Shown here: positions 48,471 through 57,932 of the stretch, piece after piece
Layout: every line of letters begins with the position of its first letter
Numbering within the stretch: position 1 is the first letter of the stretch
IMG/VR virus record: IMGVR_UViG_3300044825_001821
Coordinates: 64,001 to 128,000 of that record
Reading direction: 5' to 3' (one strand)
DNA: 64,000 nt
Source of the DNA: a virus
Notes under the pieces: generated by a model
What the model was told of the DNA's origin: nothing
The model's database searches: none
What the model saw: only the letters and a program-made list of their open reading frames with translations
Program-made: the position numbers and the translations under genes

Positions 48471-51400
48471 ATGGCTAGAAAAGTAATCGTAGACACATAT
48501 TATTCGTTCACACCTTCGTCAAGAACGATTGTGTTTAATGAGGTGATTCAACGTGAACGTTTTGTTCTGATTACAAACGTCACTACGAATCAGGTAATTT
48601 ACAATTTTTCAGACCCAAATCTGAAATTAACTTCTCATTCGGTATCACAAAACGCAACAAGCGGTTCGGCGACAACCACAATTGTATTGCAATATAATAC
48701 AGCAGCAATGTCATCTACCGACAAACTTCAAGTTGTGATTGATGAATACGCCGAAAAGTTTGAGCCTGATGAACTCTATACTGATCCGGTAAATAAATTC
48801 CGTGTGTCTCAGCCACAGTCGATGATTGATACCGACTTTGAATATTCAACTCAAGCCACAAAATGGGAAACGTTATCTTTAGTAAATAACAGAGCCTTTG
48901 CTTATGCGAACGTAGCGGCAAACTCTGACGTTTCTATTGGTGGTCCAATCAATGTAACATCAATTACTGTAAACTCTAACTCAAGTTTTGTTACAGTATA
49001 TACTGCAAACCCACCAGCTGTAAACACTCCTATTTTTGTGACTGATAGTGCATGGGGTCCCGCTGACGGTACATATGTTGTTGATGCTGTTTTTGGTACA
49101 ACTGCATTTAGATACACAACAAAACAAAGATATCAAGCAACACTAGGCGTAACTGCTGGTTTGAATATTAACATTCCGGGAGTAACACAAGTTGCTAATG
49201 GTTCTATCTTTACACGTTCAAATATTGCTTTATCAAATATTAATTTTACTGGTGCATTTGCAAATGGTATCGTAAGAACAACTCAACCACATGGTATCTC
49301 AATTGGTAATGAGATCATTCTTCAGGGTACAACAGCAGCAACATCAGGTGCGCCTAATGGAGCATTTACTGTAACTGGCGTTTATTCTAATACAGAGTTT
49401 CGTATCGATGCTAATGTAGCACCAGTAAGTTCATCTGGTATTGGTTCTGGTGGTTTTGCTAATCTATTCTCTTCAGGTCGTTCAACTGTAATTCATCGTG
49501 CTTATGATGGTGGTGTTGAGTTTAGCACCGCAGCAGAAGGACATAACAATCAATTGATTCGTCAGACACGCCGTTACTTCCGTTATCAATCTGGTAAGGG
49601 TATTCAAATGTCAACTGGCACTTTGATGAAGCCTTCAATTCGTTTGGATAGTGTGACAAGTTCTGGTGCGGTTGTAACATTAAAAACAAAGGAACCCCAC
49701 TTTGTAGATACAAACACATCAATTACAATTACCGGTTGTAATGAAACTGCATATAACGGAACGTTTAATGTCTTAGAAGTTTTAGACCCATACACTCTTC
49801 GTTATGTTGCTAACAGTACACCTTCTGCAACTCCAGCAACTGGTTTGTATTTCTTGTCAGTTAATAACTGGTATGGTGCATCTAATCGTGTTGGCATGTT
49901 TGATGATCAAAATGGTATTTTCTTTGAGTATGATGGACAACAACTATATGCAGTTCGTCGTTCTTCAACAAGACAATTATCAGGATTCATCAGCGCCAAC
50001 ACTGCCAATACACAAATTGATGGTGTTTCTGTGAATGGTGTAACAACCAAGTTCTCTTCTGAACTTGATGTTGGTGATTACATTGTAATCAAAGGTATGT
50101 CATATCGTGTTATTGAAATTAACTCTGATACCAGACTGCATGTTTCACCAGCATATAGAGGTAACACACAAATTCTACAAGCTGTTGCTGCCAAAACAAT
50201 TGACTTCAAGATTCCACAGTCTCAATGGAATTTAGATCGTTGTGATGGCACAGGTCCTTCAGGATTTAATCTTGATCTTCGTAAGATGCAGATGTTCTAC
50301 CTAGATTACTCTTGGTATGGTGCAGGTTTCGTTCGTTGGGGCTTCAGAGCAACAGATGGTAATATTGTTTATTGTCATAAGATGGTAAACAATAATGTAA
50401 ACTATGAAGCGTACATGCGTTCTGGTAACTTACCAGGCCGCTATGAAACAAATACATTTGCACCTAAAACAAAAGTTCAAGCGACGATTCAATCTGGAGA
50501 CACTTCAATCAATGTGGCTAATGCTTCAGCATTTCCTACTGTTGGAACGCTGTGGCTCACAAATGGCGCAGGTTTAAGTGAGTTTGTAAACTACAACGGT
50601 GTAACTAACAATTCACCTACAGGTTGGACATTTAATAATCTTATTCGTGGACAACAAGGTAATAATATTAACTGTATCATGTCAACATCAAATTCAACAT
50701 TGAATTTGGTTTCTGGACAGGCAACAACAGGAATTCAAATTGGTATGTTTGTACAAAGCGCAAACATTCCACAAGTTGCTCAAGTTGTTAGTATTAATCC
50801 AAACGTTTCAGTACAACTTTCTCAAGCACCTGGTATCTCTGGAACAGGAGTTGTAACATTTATTCCTATGGGTAATGTTGCACAAACGTTTACATATAGT
50901 GCTACTTCACCAACATACGCTGAGTTACATGCGCCTGGATATGCACCACGTATTGCACATTGGGGCACTTCAGTTATTATGGATGGTCGTTATGATGACG
51001 ATAAATCATTTGTGTTTACTCAAGGTATGAGAGGTGGGTTATCTGTGCCTGCTGGTCAACGTATGGCACTACAGAGTTTCCGTGTTTCACCTTCAGTGAA
51101 TAACGGTGTTCCTGGTTCCGCTTTAGGTGATCGTGAAGTTGTCAATCGTATGCAAATGGTTCTTCGACAACTTGATTTGTTATCAGGTGGTACTTTCTTG
51201 ATTGAAGTTGTTCTAAATGGTTCTACAGCAAATGCTGCACCAGTTTGGCAAAACGTTGGCGGTTCAAGTCTTGCTCAGTACGTCAATCATGCTGTAAACA
51301 CAAGAATTGAAGGTGGTGAAGTTATTTACGGCTTCTTCACCAACTCCGCTGGTGGTTCGACTAACTTGACTACAACATCCATGGATCTACCTCTGGTTCG

Positions 51401-51557
51401 TGATCTTGGTAATAGTATTCTTGGTGGAGGTACTAATGATCCACGAAGTGGATTTTATCCAGACGGTCCTGATATTGTGACAATTGTTGCACGTAATGTT
51501 GGTACTGCGGCAGCATCAGTGTTCTCACGACTATCATGGACAGAAGCACAAGCATAA
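48471..51557 (+). CDS. Large virion structural protein
   Basis: 1028 aa, beta-rich; DPVNKFRVSQPQSMIDTDFEY, RQTRRYFRYQSGKG, MFYLDYSWYGAG.VRWG; GGAG RBS. Confidence 0.7.
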   Translation: MARKVIVDTYYSFTPSSRTIVFNEVIQRERFVLITNVTTNQVIYNFSDPNLKLTSHSVSQNATSGSATTTIVLQYNTAAMSSTDKLQVVIDEYAEKFEPDELYTDPVNKFRVSQPQSMIDTDFEYSTQATKWETLSLVNNRAFAYANVAANSDVSIGGPINVTSITVNSNSSFVTVYTANPPAVNTPIFVTDSAWGPADGTYVVDAVFGTTAFRYTTKQRYQATLGVTAGLNINIPGVTQVANGSIFTRSNIALSNINFTGAFANGIVRTTQPHGISIGNEIILQGTTAATSGAPNGAFTVTGVYSNTEFRIDANVAPVSSSGIGSGGFANLFSSGRSTVIHRAYDGGVEFSTAAEGHNNQLIRQTRRYFRYQSGKGIQMSTGTLMKPSIRLDSVTSSGAVVTLKTKEPHFVDTNTSITITGCNETAYNGTFNVLEVLDPYTLRYVANSTPSATPATGLYFLSVNNWYGASNRVGMFDDQNGIFFEYDGQQLYAVRRSSTRQLSGFISANTANTQIDGVSVNGVTTKFSSELDVGDYIVIKGMSYRVIEINSDTRLHVSPAYRGNTQILQAVAAKTIDFKIPQSQWNLDRCDGTGPSGFNLDLRKMQMFYLDYSWYGAGFVRWGFRATDGNIVYCHKMVNNNVNYEAYMRSGNLPGRYETNTFAPKTKVQATIQSGDTSINVANASAFPTVGTLWLTNGAGLSEFVNYNGVTNNSPTGWTFNNLIRGQQGNNINCIMSTSNSTLNLVSGQATTGIQIGMFVQSANIPQVAQVVSINPNVSVQLSQAPGISGTGVVTFIPMGNVAQTFTYSATSPTYAELHAPGYAPRIAHWGTSVIMDGRYDDDKSFVFTQGMRGGLSVPAGQRMALQSFRVSPSVNNGVPGSALGDREVVNRMQMVLRQLDLLSGGTFLIEVVLNGSTANAAPVWQNVGGSSLAQYVNHAVNTRIEGGEVIYGFFTNSAGGSTNLTTTSMDLPLVRDLGNSILGGGTNDPRSGFYPDGPDIVTIVARNVGTAAASVFSRLSWTEAQA

Positions 51558-52199
51558 ATGCAAACTGTTACTACATTACCAATACTGCAAACTGTCAGTG
51601 ATGTCACACAACACTATATCAGTTTGCAGCCTGCAATATCAGGAAGAACAGCGGCAGAGTACGTCAATCGTAATCTGTCGTTTAATCCCGCTTCAAATAC
51701 ATTAAATATTGCGGTCAATGTAAATTTTTTACCAAATTCAATTTCCGGTTTGGCAATAGCAGACTCAGGAATAATTTCTTCTAAAATTGCGCCTTTAACT
51801 AGATTAATTGAGCAAGCTAAAATTATTCCAGGTCAATTAAGTGGTAACATTAACATCGATGTTTTAGAATCTTCAGTATACTATTTGACGCAATATCCTA
51901 CGGGAGCTTTAACTTTTAATCTTCGTGGTAATACAAATTATACATTAGATAGACTTTTGAATCCTGGACAATCTGTGTCAACAGTTTTTATGATCACACA
52001 GAATGTTACTCAGCAAGTTGCAAACGTTTCTGTTGATGGTAATTTTCAAACAGCAAATATAAGATATGGTTCAAACACCAAACCAACTTCGACCAGTATT
52101 TCTAGAGAAGTCATAGATGTTTATTCTTTTGTTACAATGAAACTTGCAACCAATTCTTATATAATATTACAAACACAGTCATCTTATGGTGTGGGATAA
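51558..52199 (+). CDS. Putative fibre/virion protein
   Basis: C-terminal domain INIDV...SVYY...TFNLRG...GQSVS...DVYSF...K.A...Y.IL. Confidence 0.55.
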   Translation: MQTVTTLPILQTVSDVTQHYISLQPAISGRTAAEYVNRNLSFNPASNTLNIAVNVNFLPNSISGLAIADSGIISSKIAPLTRLIEQAKIIPGQLSGNINIDVLESSVYYLTQYPTGALTFNLRGNTNYTLDRLLNPGQSVSTVFMITQNVTQQVANVSVDGNFQTANIRYGSNTKPTSTSISREVIDVYSFVTMKLATNSYIILQTQSSYGVG

Positions 52200-52549
52200 T
52201 GATACAGAAAGTTCGTTCGTCTTTAATAGAACCAACAAATATTACAGGCAATCTGATTGCTCAAAATGCCGTTTCTGGTAACAATATTGTTTCTAACGCT
52301 ATTCGTGGAAACAATATTGTGGCAAGCACAATCACTGGTAATTTAATCGCAACAAATCAAATCACTGGCAATCAAATTGCACAAAATCAAATCACCGGTA
52401 ATTTAATTGCGGTAAATCAAATCACTGGTAACTTAATTGCGACAAATCAAATCACTGGCAATCTGATAGCAAACAACGCAATCAGTGGAAACAATATTGT
52501 TTCTCCTCCTGATATTTTTGATGATGCTTTCTTATTTGGTGGAATGTAA
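52199..52549 (+). CDS. Short decapeptide-repeat protein ending DDAFLFGGM
   Basis: 116 aa; C-terminal part nearly identical to that of 36598-37242. Confidence 0.75.
   Translation: MIQKVRSSLIEPTNITGNLIAQNAVSGNNIVSNAIRGNNIVASTITGNLIATNQITGNQIAQNQITGNLIAVNQITGNLIATNQITGNLIANNAISGNNIVSPPDIFDDAFLFGGM
52355..52474 (+). repeat. Coding 30-bp tandem repeat x4; dispersed copy of 36988-37167
   Basis: Same AATCAAATCAC(T/C)GG units. Confidence 0.9.
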
Positions 52550-52551
52550 CC

Positions 52552-53502
52552 ATGTCAATAAACACAAGACAACAATTCAAAGATTACTGCCTACGCCGAC
52601 TTGGCTGGCCAGTAATTGAAATCAACGTTGATGATGACCAAGTTGATGATCGCATTGATGATGCGCTAAACTTTTGGCGTGATTATCACTATGATGGAAC
52701 AGAAAAACTGTTCATGAAACATCAAATCACTCAAGCAGATATTGATCGTCAGTGGATTTACTGTCCTGATGCGGTACAATTTGTCACAGGCATTTTTTCA
52801 TTTGACCAGTCAAACGCATCAATCAATATGTTTGACTTGCGTTATCAATTGCGTCTACACGATCTCTATGACTTCACATCGGTATCGTATGTGTCATACG
52901 AAATCACAATGCAGCATTTACGTACATTGAATCTGTTATTCTCTGGCACACCACAGTTCAGATTCAATCGTCATCAGAACAAAGTGTTTCTTGATATTGA
53001 TTGGACAAGGGATGTAGAACCTGGTGATTGGGTTATTATTGAGTGTTATCGCACAGTTCGTCCAGAAACAGTTACACTAACTGGCACAGTATCAGGCACA
53101 CCAGCATCAAATACAATCACAGGTTATGGCACTAAGTTTGATCAAGAGATTGTCCCTTATGATTTTATTACCATTGGTACAGAATCAAAGCAAGTCGGTA
53201 ACATTGTGTCACCAACAAGTCTGGTATTGATCGGTCCACCAACACTGACACATAATAACTCAGCAATTCAAATTGAAGGCACAACTGATGTGTGGAACGA
53301 CCGTTTTCTAAAACAGTTAGCAACTGCAAAAATCAAACAGCAGTGGGGTAACAATCTTAAAAAGTTTGAAGGTATTCAAATGCCAGGTGGTGTTACACTC
53401 AACGGTCAAAAGATTTATGATGAAGCATCCGAAGAAATCAAAGAAATGGAAGAACAGATTTACATGATGGGTTCACTGCCGTCTGAAATCTTTACTGGCT
53501 AA
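52552..53502 (+). CDS. 13: Neck protein gp13
   Basis: KDYCLRRLGWPVIEINVDDDQVDDRIDDAL....DYHYDG, K.QWG.NL.KF.GIQMPGGVTLNG..IY.EA. Confidence 0.95.
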   Translation: MSINTRQQFKDYCLRRLGWPVIEINVDDDQVDDRIDDALNFWRDYHYDGTEKLFMKHQITQADIDRQWIYCPDAVQFVTGIFSFDQSNASINMFDLRYQLRLHDLYDFTSVSYVSYEITMQHLRTLNLLFSGTPQFRFNRHQNKVFLDIDWTRDVEPGDWVIIECYRTVRPETVTLTGTVSGTPASNTITGYGTKFDQEIVPYDFITIGTESKQVGNIVSPTSLVLIGPPTLTHNNSAIQIEGTTDVWNDRFLKQLATAKIKQQWGNNLKKFEGIQMPGGVTLNGQKIYDEASEEIKEMEEQIYMMGSLPSEIFTG

Positions 53503-54404
53503 TGGCAACTAATTTTTATTTTAATAATTTTCCAACAAGACTTGCAGATGCTCCTGTAACACCGGAGCAACTGCTTGTTGAAGATTTGGTAATTGAAGCA
53601 CTCAAGATTTATGGTCTTGATGTATATTATTTGCCACGTACAACACGTGATCAAGTAGATTATTTGTTTGGTGAAGATACATTAAAAGAATATCGCACCG
53701 CACATGCTATTGAAATGTATTTGGAAAATGTAACTGGCTTTGATGGTGAGCAAGACTTTATATCTAAATTTGGTTTAGAAATTCGTGATGAAGTAACCAT
53801 GTTAATTTCAAGACTAAGATTTAGATATACAGTTAATGGTTATACACGACCACGTGAAGGTGATTTGGTTTATATACCAATGACTACTAGTTTTTTTGAA
53901 ATTACAAGTGTTGAAAATGAAAACGATCAAGCAATGTTTTATACATTAGGCCGTGGTCGTGGCGGTAATGTTTATGTTTATGCTTTAAAAATGAAACAGT
54001 TTTATTTTTCAAATGAAATTATTGAAACTGGTGTAAAAGATATTGACAATAACATTCGTAATTACTATCCAAAACTACGTATTTCGTTAGGTTCAGGTTC
54101 AGGTAAGTTTGTAAATGATGAAATTGTTTATCAAGGTTCATCATTATCTACCGCAACAGCACAAGCATTAGTATATGATTTTGAACCAAACGCATACATC
54201 GATGTGTATCGTATGCAAGGCGATTTTACTGCGTCGGCTAATGTAAAAGGCAACACAAGTTCGGCACAATGGACAGTGACACTTGCAACCGATGCACCAA
54301 CACAAAACAATGCATTTGAAGATATCATTGACAACGCACGTATCGAAGCAGCAAGTGATGGCATCATTGACTTTACGGAAGTCAATCCGTTTGGAGAACC
54401 GTAA
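53502..54404 (+). CDS. 14: Neck protein gp14
   Basis: EQ.L.EDLVIE.LKIYG.DVYYLPR, IEMY.ENV.GF.GE..F.SKFGLEIRDE, RP.EGDL.Y, DF.E.NPFGE. Confidence 0.95.
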   Translation: MATNFYFNNFPTRLADAPVTPEQLLVEDLVIEALKIYGLDVYYLPRTTRDQVDYLFGEDTLKEYRTAHAIEMYLENVTGFDGEQDFISKFGLEIRDEVTMLISRLRFRYTVNGYTRPREGDLVYIPMTTSFFEITSVENENDQAMFYTLGRGRGGNVYVYALKMKQFYFSNEIIETGVKDIDNNIRNYYPKLRISLGSGSGKFVNDEIVYQGSSLSTATAQALVYDFEPNAYIDVYRMQGDFTASANVKGNTSSAQWTVTLATDAPTQNNAFEDIIDNARIEAASDGIIDFTEVNPFGEP

Positions 54405-55405
54405 TGTTAGGTAATGCTCAGTTTTATCATCGCACGATTCGTAAAATGGTTGTGGTGTTTGGTACATTGTTTAATGATCTTGAGATTGTTCGTTATACAC
54501 AATCTGGTGTGCCAAAAGAAAAATTAAAAGTACCTCTTTCATATGGCCCGAAAGAAAGATATCTGACACAGATTACATCTGATCCTAATCTTATCAAGTC
54601 AGTCAACTCTGTGATACCAAGAATGTCATTCAATCTTGACAGTCTTGAATATGATGTGAGCCGAAAACAAATTTCTACTTTACAAAATTTTGCATCAGGA
54701 ACAAACACCGGGATAGCAACACAGTTTCTTCCTGTACCTTATAACTTTGAGTTTAGTTTGTCAATCTATGTACGTAATACAGAAGATGGCACACAGATAT
54801 TAGAACAGATTCTACCATTTTTCACACCAGATTTTAGTGTGGTCGTAGATTTTATTCCGTCGATGGGTCAAAAATACACTGTGCCTATCATACTTAATTC
54901 TGTTGCGTCTACAGTTGAGTATGAAGGTGGTATGTCTGATGGTACAACAAGAATTATTTTGTGGGATTTAAATTTTACAGCCAAGAGTTTCATCTGGCCA
55001 CCTGTTAAGTCTGGCAAGATTATTAATCAAGCCAATACTAATCTTAATATTGACCTCACATCTAAAGAACTACAAAAAATTTACGTTGATTATGCAAATG
55101 GTAATAACGTATTTACGACAGGTGAAACAGTTCGTGATACTGCAAATGGGTTTATTGGTACTGTAGAATACTTTAGTAACACAGCAACCGGTACACTTGT
55201 TGTTACTGGTGGCAACAAATATATCGAAAAAGGTTACACACTTACAGGCGATTACTCAGGGGCTTCTTATAACGTTGCAACTCTTGACATCAACTCTGTC
55301 AACGCTACTGCCGTTATTACCGAGCCTACGCCAAATACAGCATTACCAAACACTAACTATGGCTACATTGAAACAATTAAAGAGTGGCCTGATACATTAT
55401 CATGA
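54404..55405 (+). CDS. 15: Tail terminator / sheath stabiliser gp15
   Basis: FYHRTIRK.VV.FGTLFND, VPLSYGPK, PRMSF, PVPYN, QILEQILPFF.P. Confidence 0.95.
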   Translation: MLGNAQFYHRTIRKMVVVFGTLFNDLEIVRYTQSGVPKEKLKVPLSYGPKERYLTQITSDPNLIKSVNSVIPRMSFNLDSLEYDVSRKQISTLQNFASGTNTGIATQFLPVPYNFEFSLSIYVRNTEDGTQILEQILPFFTPDFSVVVDFIPSMGQKYTVPIILNSVASTVEYEGGMSDGTTRIILWDLNFTAKSFIWPPVKSGKIINQANTNLNIDLTSKELQKIYVDYANGNNVFTTGETVRDTANGFIGTVEYFSNTATGTLVVTGGNKYIEKGYTLTGDYSGASYNVATLDINSVNATAVITEPTPNTALPNTNYGYIETIKEWPDTLS

Positions 55406-55803
55406 AAAAATTAAATAAAAATTTGTCTGAAATCTTTGACGTTGAACCTATACAGGAACAAACTGTAGAAACTTTGCCTGTTGTTATTGATAATAACGTA
55501 AATCAGATTGATGCTGATGCTGAGTTTGCACGTACCAATATGCGTGAGTTAATCAACAATGGTAACAAAGCATTAGGTGAATTAGCATCTGTTGCTAATC
55601 AATCGGAATCACCAAGAGCATATGAAGTCTTAGCCACAATGATGAAGAATTTGGCTGAGATGAATAAAGATTTGTTGGAACTTCAGAAAAGAAAAAGAGA
55701 GCTTGCACCCCAATCTGAATCCACAAAAGGAGTCAACATAGATAAAGCAGTGTTTGTTGGCTCCACAACCGAACTTTTAAAAATGATTAAATCAAATAAA
55801 TAA
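55402..55803 (+). CDS. 16: Terminase small subunit gp16
   Basis: D.EFAR.N...LI..G..AL, ESPRAYEVLA..MK, VFVGST.ELLKM. Confidence 0.92.
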   Translation: MKKLNKNLSEIFDVEPIQEQTVETLPVVIDNNVNQIDADAEFARTNMRELINNGNKALGELASVANQSESPRAYEVLATMMKNLAEMNKDLLELQKRKRELAPQSESTKGVNIDKAVFVGSTTELLKMIKSNK

Positions 55804-55807
55804 GACT

Positions 55808-56242
55808 ATGGAACAATTAATCGAACAAATGAAAGTGATTTTGGGAACAAACTTCGGTTTGTATTTCAAGGCACATACTTTTCACTGGAATGTGGAAGGA
55901 CCAGACTTTGCACAATATCACGGATTCTTAGGCGACTTCTATGATTCTGTGTTCGATCAAACAGATTCTATTGCCGAACATATTCGTGCATTAGGTTCTT
56001 ATGCACCGACAACACTTGCACGAATGATGGAACTTTCTAAAGTACAAGACATCGTTGCTATACCGTCACCTCTTGTTATGATGTCCGAACTTGCTCAAGA
56101 TAACGACAAATACATTATGGAATTACGTGCAGGTATTGCAATTGCAGATGCAGCAGATGAACCTGCTGTTGGTAACTTTTTACAAGACATTCTTGATGCA
56201 CATCAAAAGCATGGCTGGATGCTAAAGAGTTTTACAAAATAA
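55808..56242 (+). CDS. dps: Dps-family mini-ferritin
   Basis: KAHTFHWNVEGPDFAQYH.FL..FY, D.IAEHIRALG, FLQD....HQKH.WML: Dps ferroxidase His/Asp/Glu pattern; 144 aa. Confidence 0.88.
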   Translation: MEQLIEQMKVILGTNFGLYFKAHTFHWNVEGPDFAQYHGFLGDFYDSVFDQTDSIAEHIRALGSYAPTTLARMMELSKVQDIVAIPSPLVMMSELAQDNDKYIMELRAGIAIADAADEPAVGNFLQDILDAHQKHGWMLKSFTK

Positions 56243-56245
56243 AAT

Positions 56246-57877
56246 ATGGATGACGGATATCTTGGTAATGCAAGACTAAAAAGAGTTGGTGTTGAATTAT
56301 CCCTCACAGAAGATCAAGTAAAAGAATTTGCAAAGTGTGCCGAAGATCCGGTATACTTTATTCGCAATTACGTAAAGATTGTCAACGTTGACCGTGGACT
56401 AGTCCCGTTTGAAATGTGGGGCTTTCAAGAAGATATGGTCAAAACGTTTCACGAAAATCGTTTCTGCATTGCAAAAATGCCACGACAGGTTGGTAAGACA
56501 ACCACTACTGTCGGTTACATGTTATGGTGTGCATTGTTCAATGAAGAGTTTGTGATCGGTATTCTTGCAAACAAACTTCAACTTGCACAAGATATTCTAG
56601 CAAAGATTCAAAAGGCATATGAATATCTTCCACATTGGCTTCAACAAGGTATTATTAATTGGAACAAACGTTCAATTGAATTGGAAAATGGTTCTAAAAT
56701 TTATGCATATGCAACATCAAATTCTGGAGTTCGAGGTGGCACGTACAATCTAATCTTTCTTGATGAGTTTGCATTCGTGCCACATAACATGGCAGTAGAC
56801 TTTTTTACTTCTACTTACCCCGTTATCTCATCAGGTAAAACAACAAAAGTTATTATTGTTTCTACACCAAATGGCTTGAATCTATTCTATAAAATGTGGA
56901 TGGATGCTATTGAAAATCGTTCTCTTTACAAGACGCTTGAAGTTCACTGGTCACAAGTACCGGGTCGTGATCAAACATGGAAAGAAGAGACAATACGAAA
57001 TACCTCCGAAGAGCAGTTTCGTCAAGAGTTTGAGACTGAGTTTATTGGCTCAGCCGCAACGCTCATCTCAGGTTCTAAATTGCGTTCACTTGCATTCAAT
57101 GATCCAATGCGAATTGAAGATGATGGTCACCTCTTTATCTATGAAGATGCACGCCCAGGGCGTATCTATATTGCCACAGTAGACTGTGCCGAAGGTGTTG
57201 CTTTGGATTATCATACCATTAATGTGGTTGATGCTACTGAAGCACCTTATAAACAAGTTGCTGTTTATCGTAATAATAAGCTACCTTTGTTATTTTTACC
57301 AACAGTAATATACTCTTTAGCCAATCGATATAATCAAGCCTATGTGCTTATTGAAACTAACAACGTTGGTCAGCAAGTGGTAGACATTTTACACTATGAT
57401 TTAGAGTATGAGAACATCTATAAGTTGGAACATCATCATATCAAAGGTCAGAGTATCTCTGCTGGTTTCAAACGCTCGGTGGCTTTTGGTGTAAAGACAA
57501 CCAAATCTGTCAAGAAAATTGGTTGTGCCAACCTAAAAACGTTGGTAGAAAACGACAAATTAATTATTCGTGACTTTAATACCATTGCCGAACTGAATAC
57601 TTTTGTCAGAACTAAAGACACTTATGCTGCCGAAGAAGGCAATAATGATGATATCGTCATGGGTCTGGTGCTCTACGCATGGCTGACAGCACAGACTTTC
57701 TTCAAAGATGAGACAAGAATTGATATTCGTAAAATTATGTTAGAAGAACAACAGATGTTGGGTGAAGAAAATATGCTACCATTTGGCTTTATTGAAGATG
57801 GATTGCGTAGGGAAGTTGAGGTGGAAGATGGAGATATGTGGGAGCCGCCAGCGGGCTATTTATCATCAAGTTTGTAA
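56246..57877 (+). CDS. 17: Terminase large subunit gp17
   Basis: Walker A PRQVGKTT, Walker B LIFLDEFAF, IIVSTPNG, nuclease D.AEG and DD.VM.L motifs. Confidence 0.98.
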   Translation: MDDGYLGNARLKRVGVELSLTEDQVKEFAKCAEDPVYFIRNYVKIVNVDRGLVPFEMWGFQEDMVKTFHENRFCIAKMPRQVGKTTTTVGYMLWCALFNEEFVIGILANKLQLAQDILAKIQKAYEYLPHWLQQGIINWNKRSIELENGSKIYAYATSNSGVRGGTYNLIFLDEFAFVPHNMAVDFFTSTYPVISSGKTTKVIIVSTPNGLNLFYKMWMDAIENRSLYKTLEVHWSQVPGRDQTWKEETIRNTSEEQFRQEFETEFIGSAATLISGSKLRSLAFNDPMRIEDDGHLFIYEDARPGRIYIATVDCAEGVALDYHTINVVDATEAPYKQVAVYRNNKLPLLFLPTVIYSLANRYNQAYVLIETNNVGQQVVDILHYDLEYENIYKLEHHHIKGQSISAGFKRSVAFGVKTTKSVKKIGCANLKTLVENDKLIIRDFNTIAELNTFVRTKDTYAAEEGNNDDIVMGLVLYAWLTAQTFFKDETRIDIRKIMLEEQQMLGEENMLPFGFIEDGLRREVEVEDGDMWEPPAGYLSSSL

Positions 57878-57880
57878 AAA

Positions 57881-57888
57881 ACTAAATA
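57881..57888 (+). promoter_or_regulatory. Late promoter variant ACTAAATA (sheath operon)
   Basis: Intergenic, 44 nt upstream of gp18. Confidence 0.65.
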
Positions 57889-57932
57889 GACAATAAAAAG
57901 AAAATTGACCCAACAATAAAAGGAGAAATCCA

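Noticed and set aside
37018-52549. Repeat pair as a diversity-generating retroelement (TR/VR)
   Set aside because: Differences are synonymous and include many C/T changes rather than being adenine-specific; both copies are coding; no reverse transcriptase in the window.
35334-52549. Invertible shufflon of fibre genes
   Set aside because: All genes are on one strand; no recombinase or flanking inverted repeats found.
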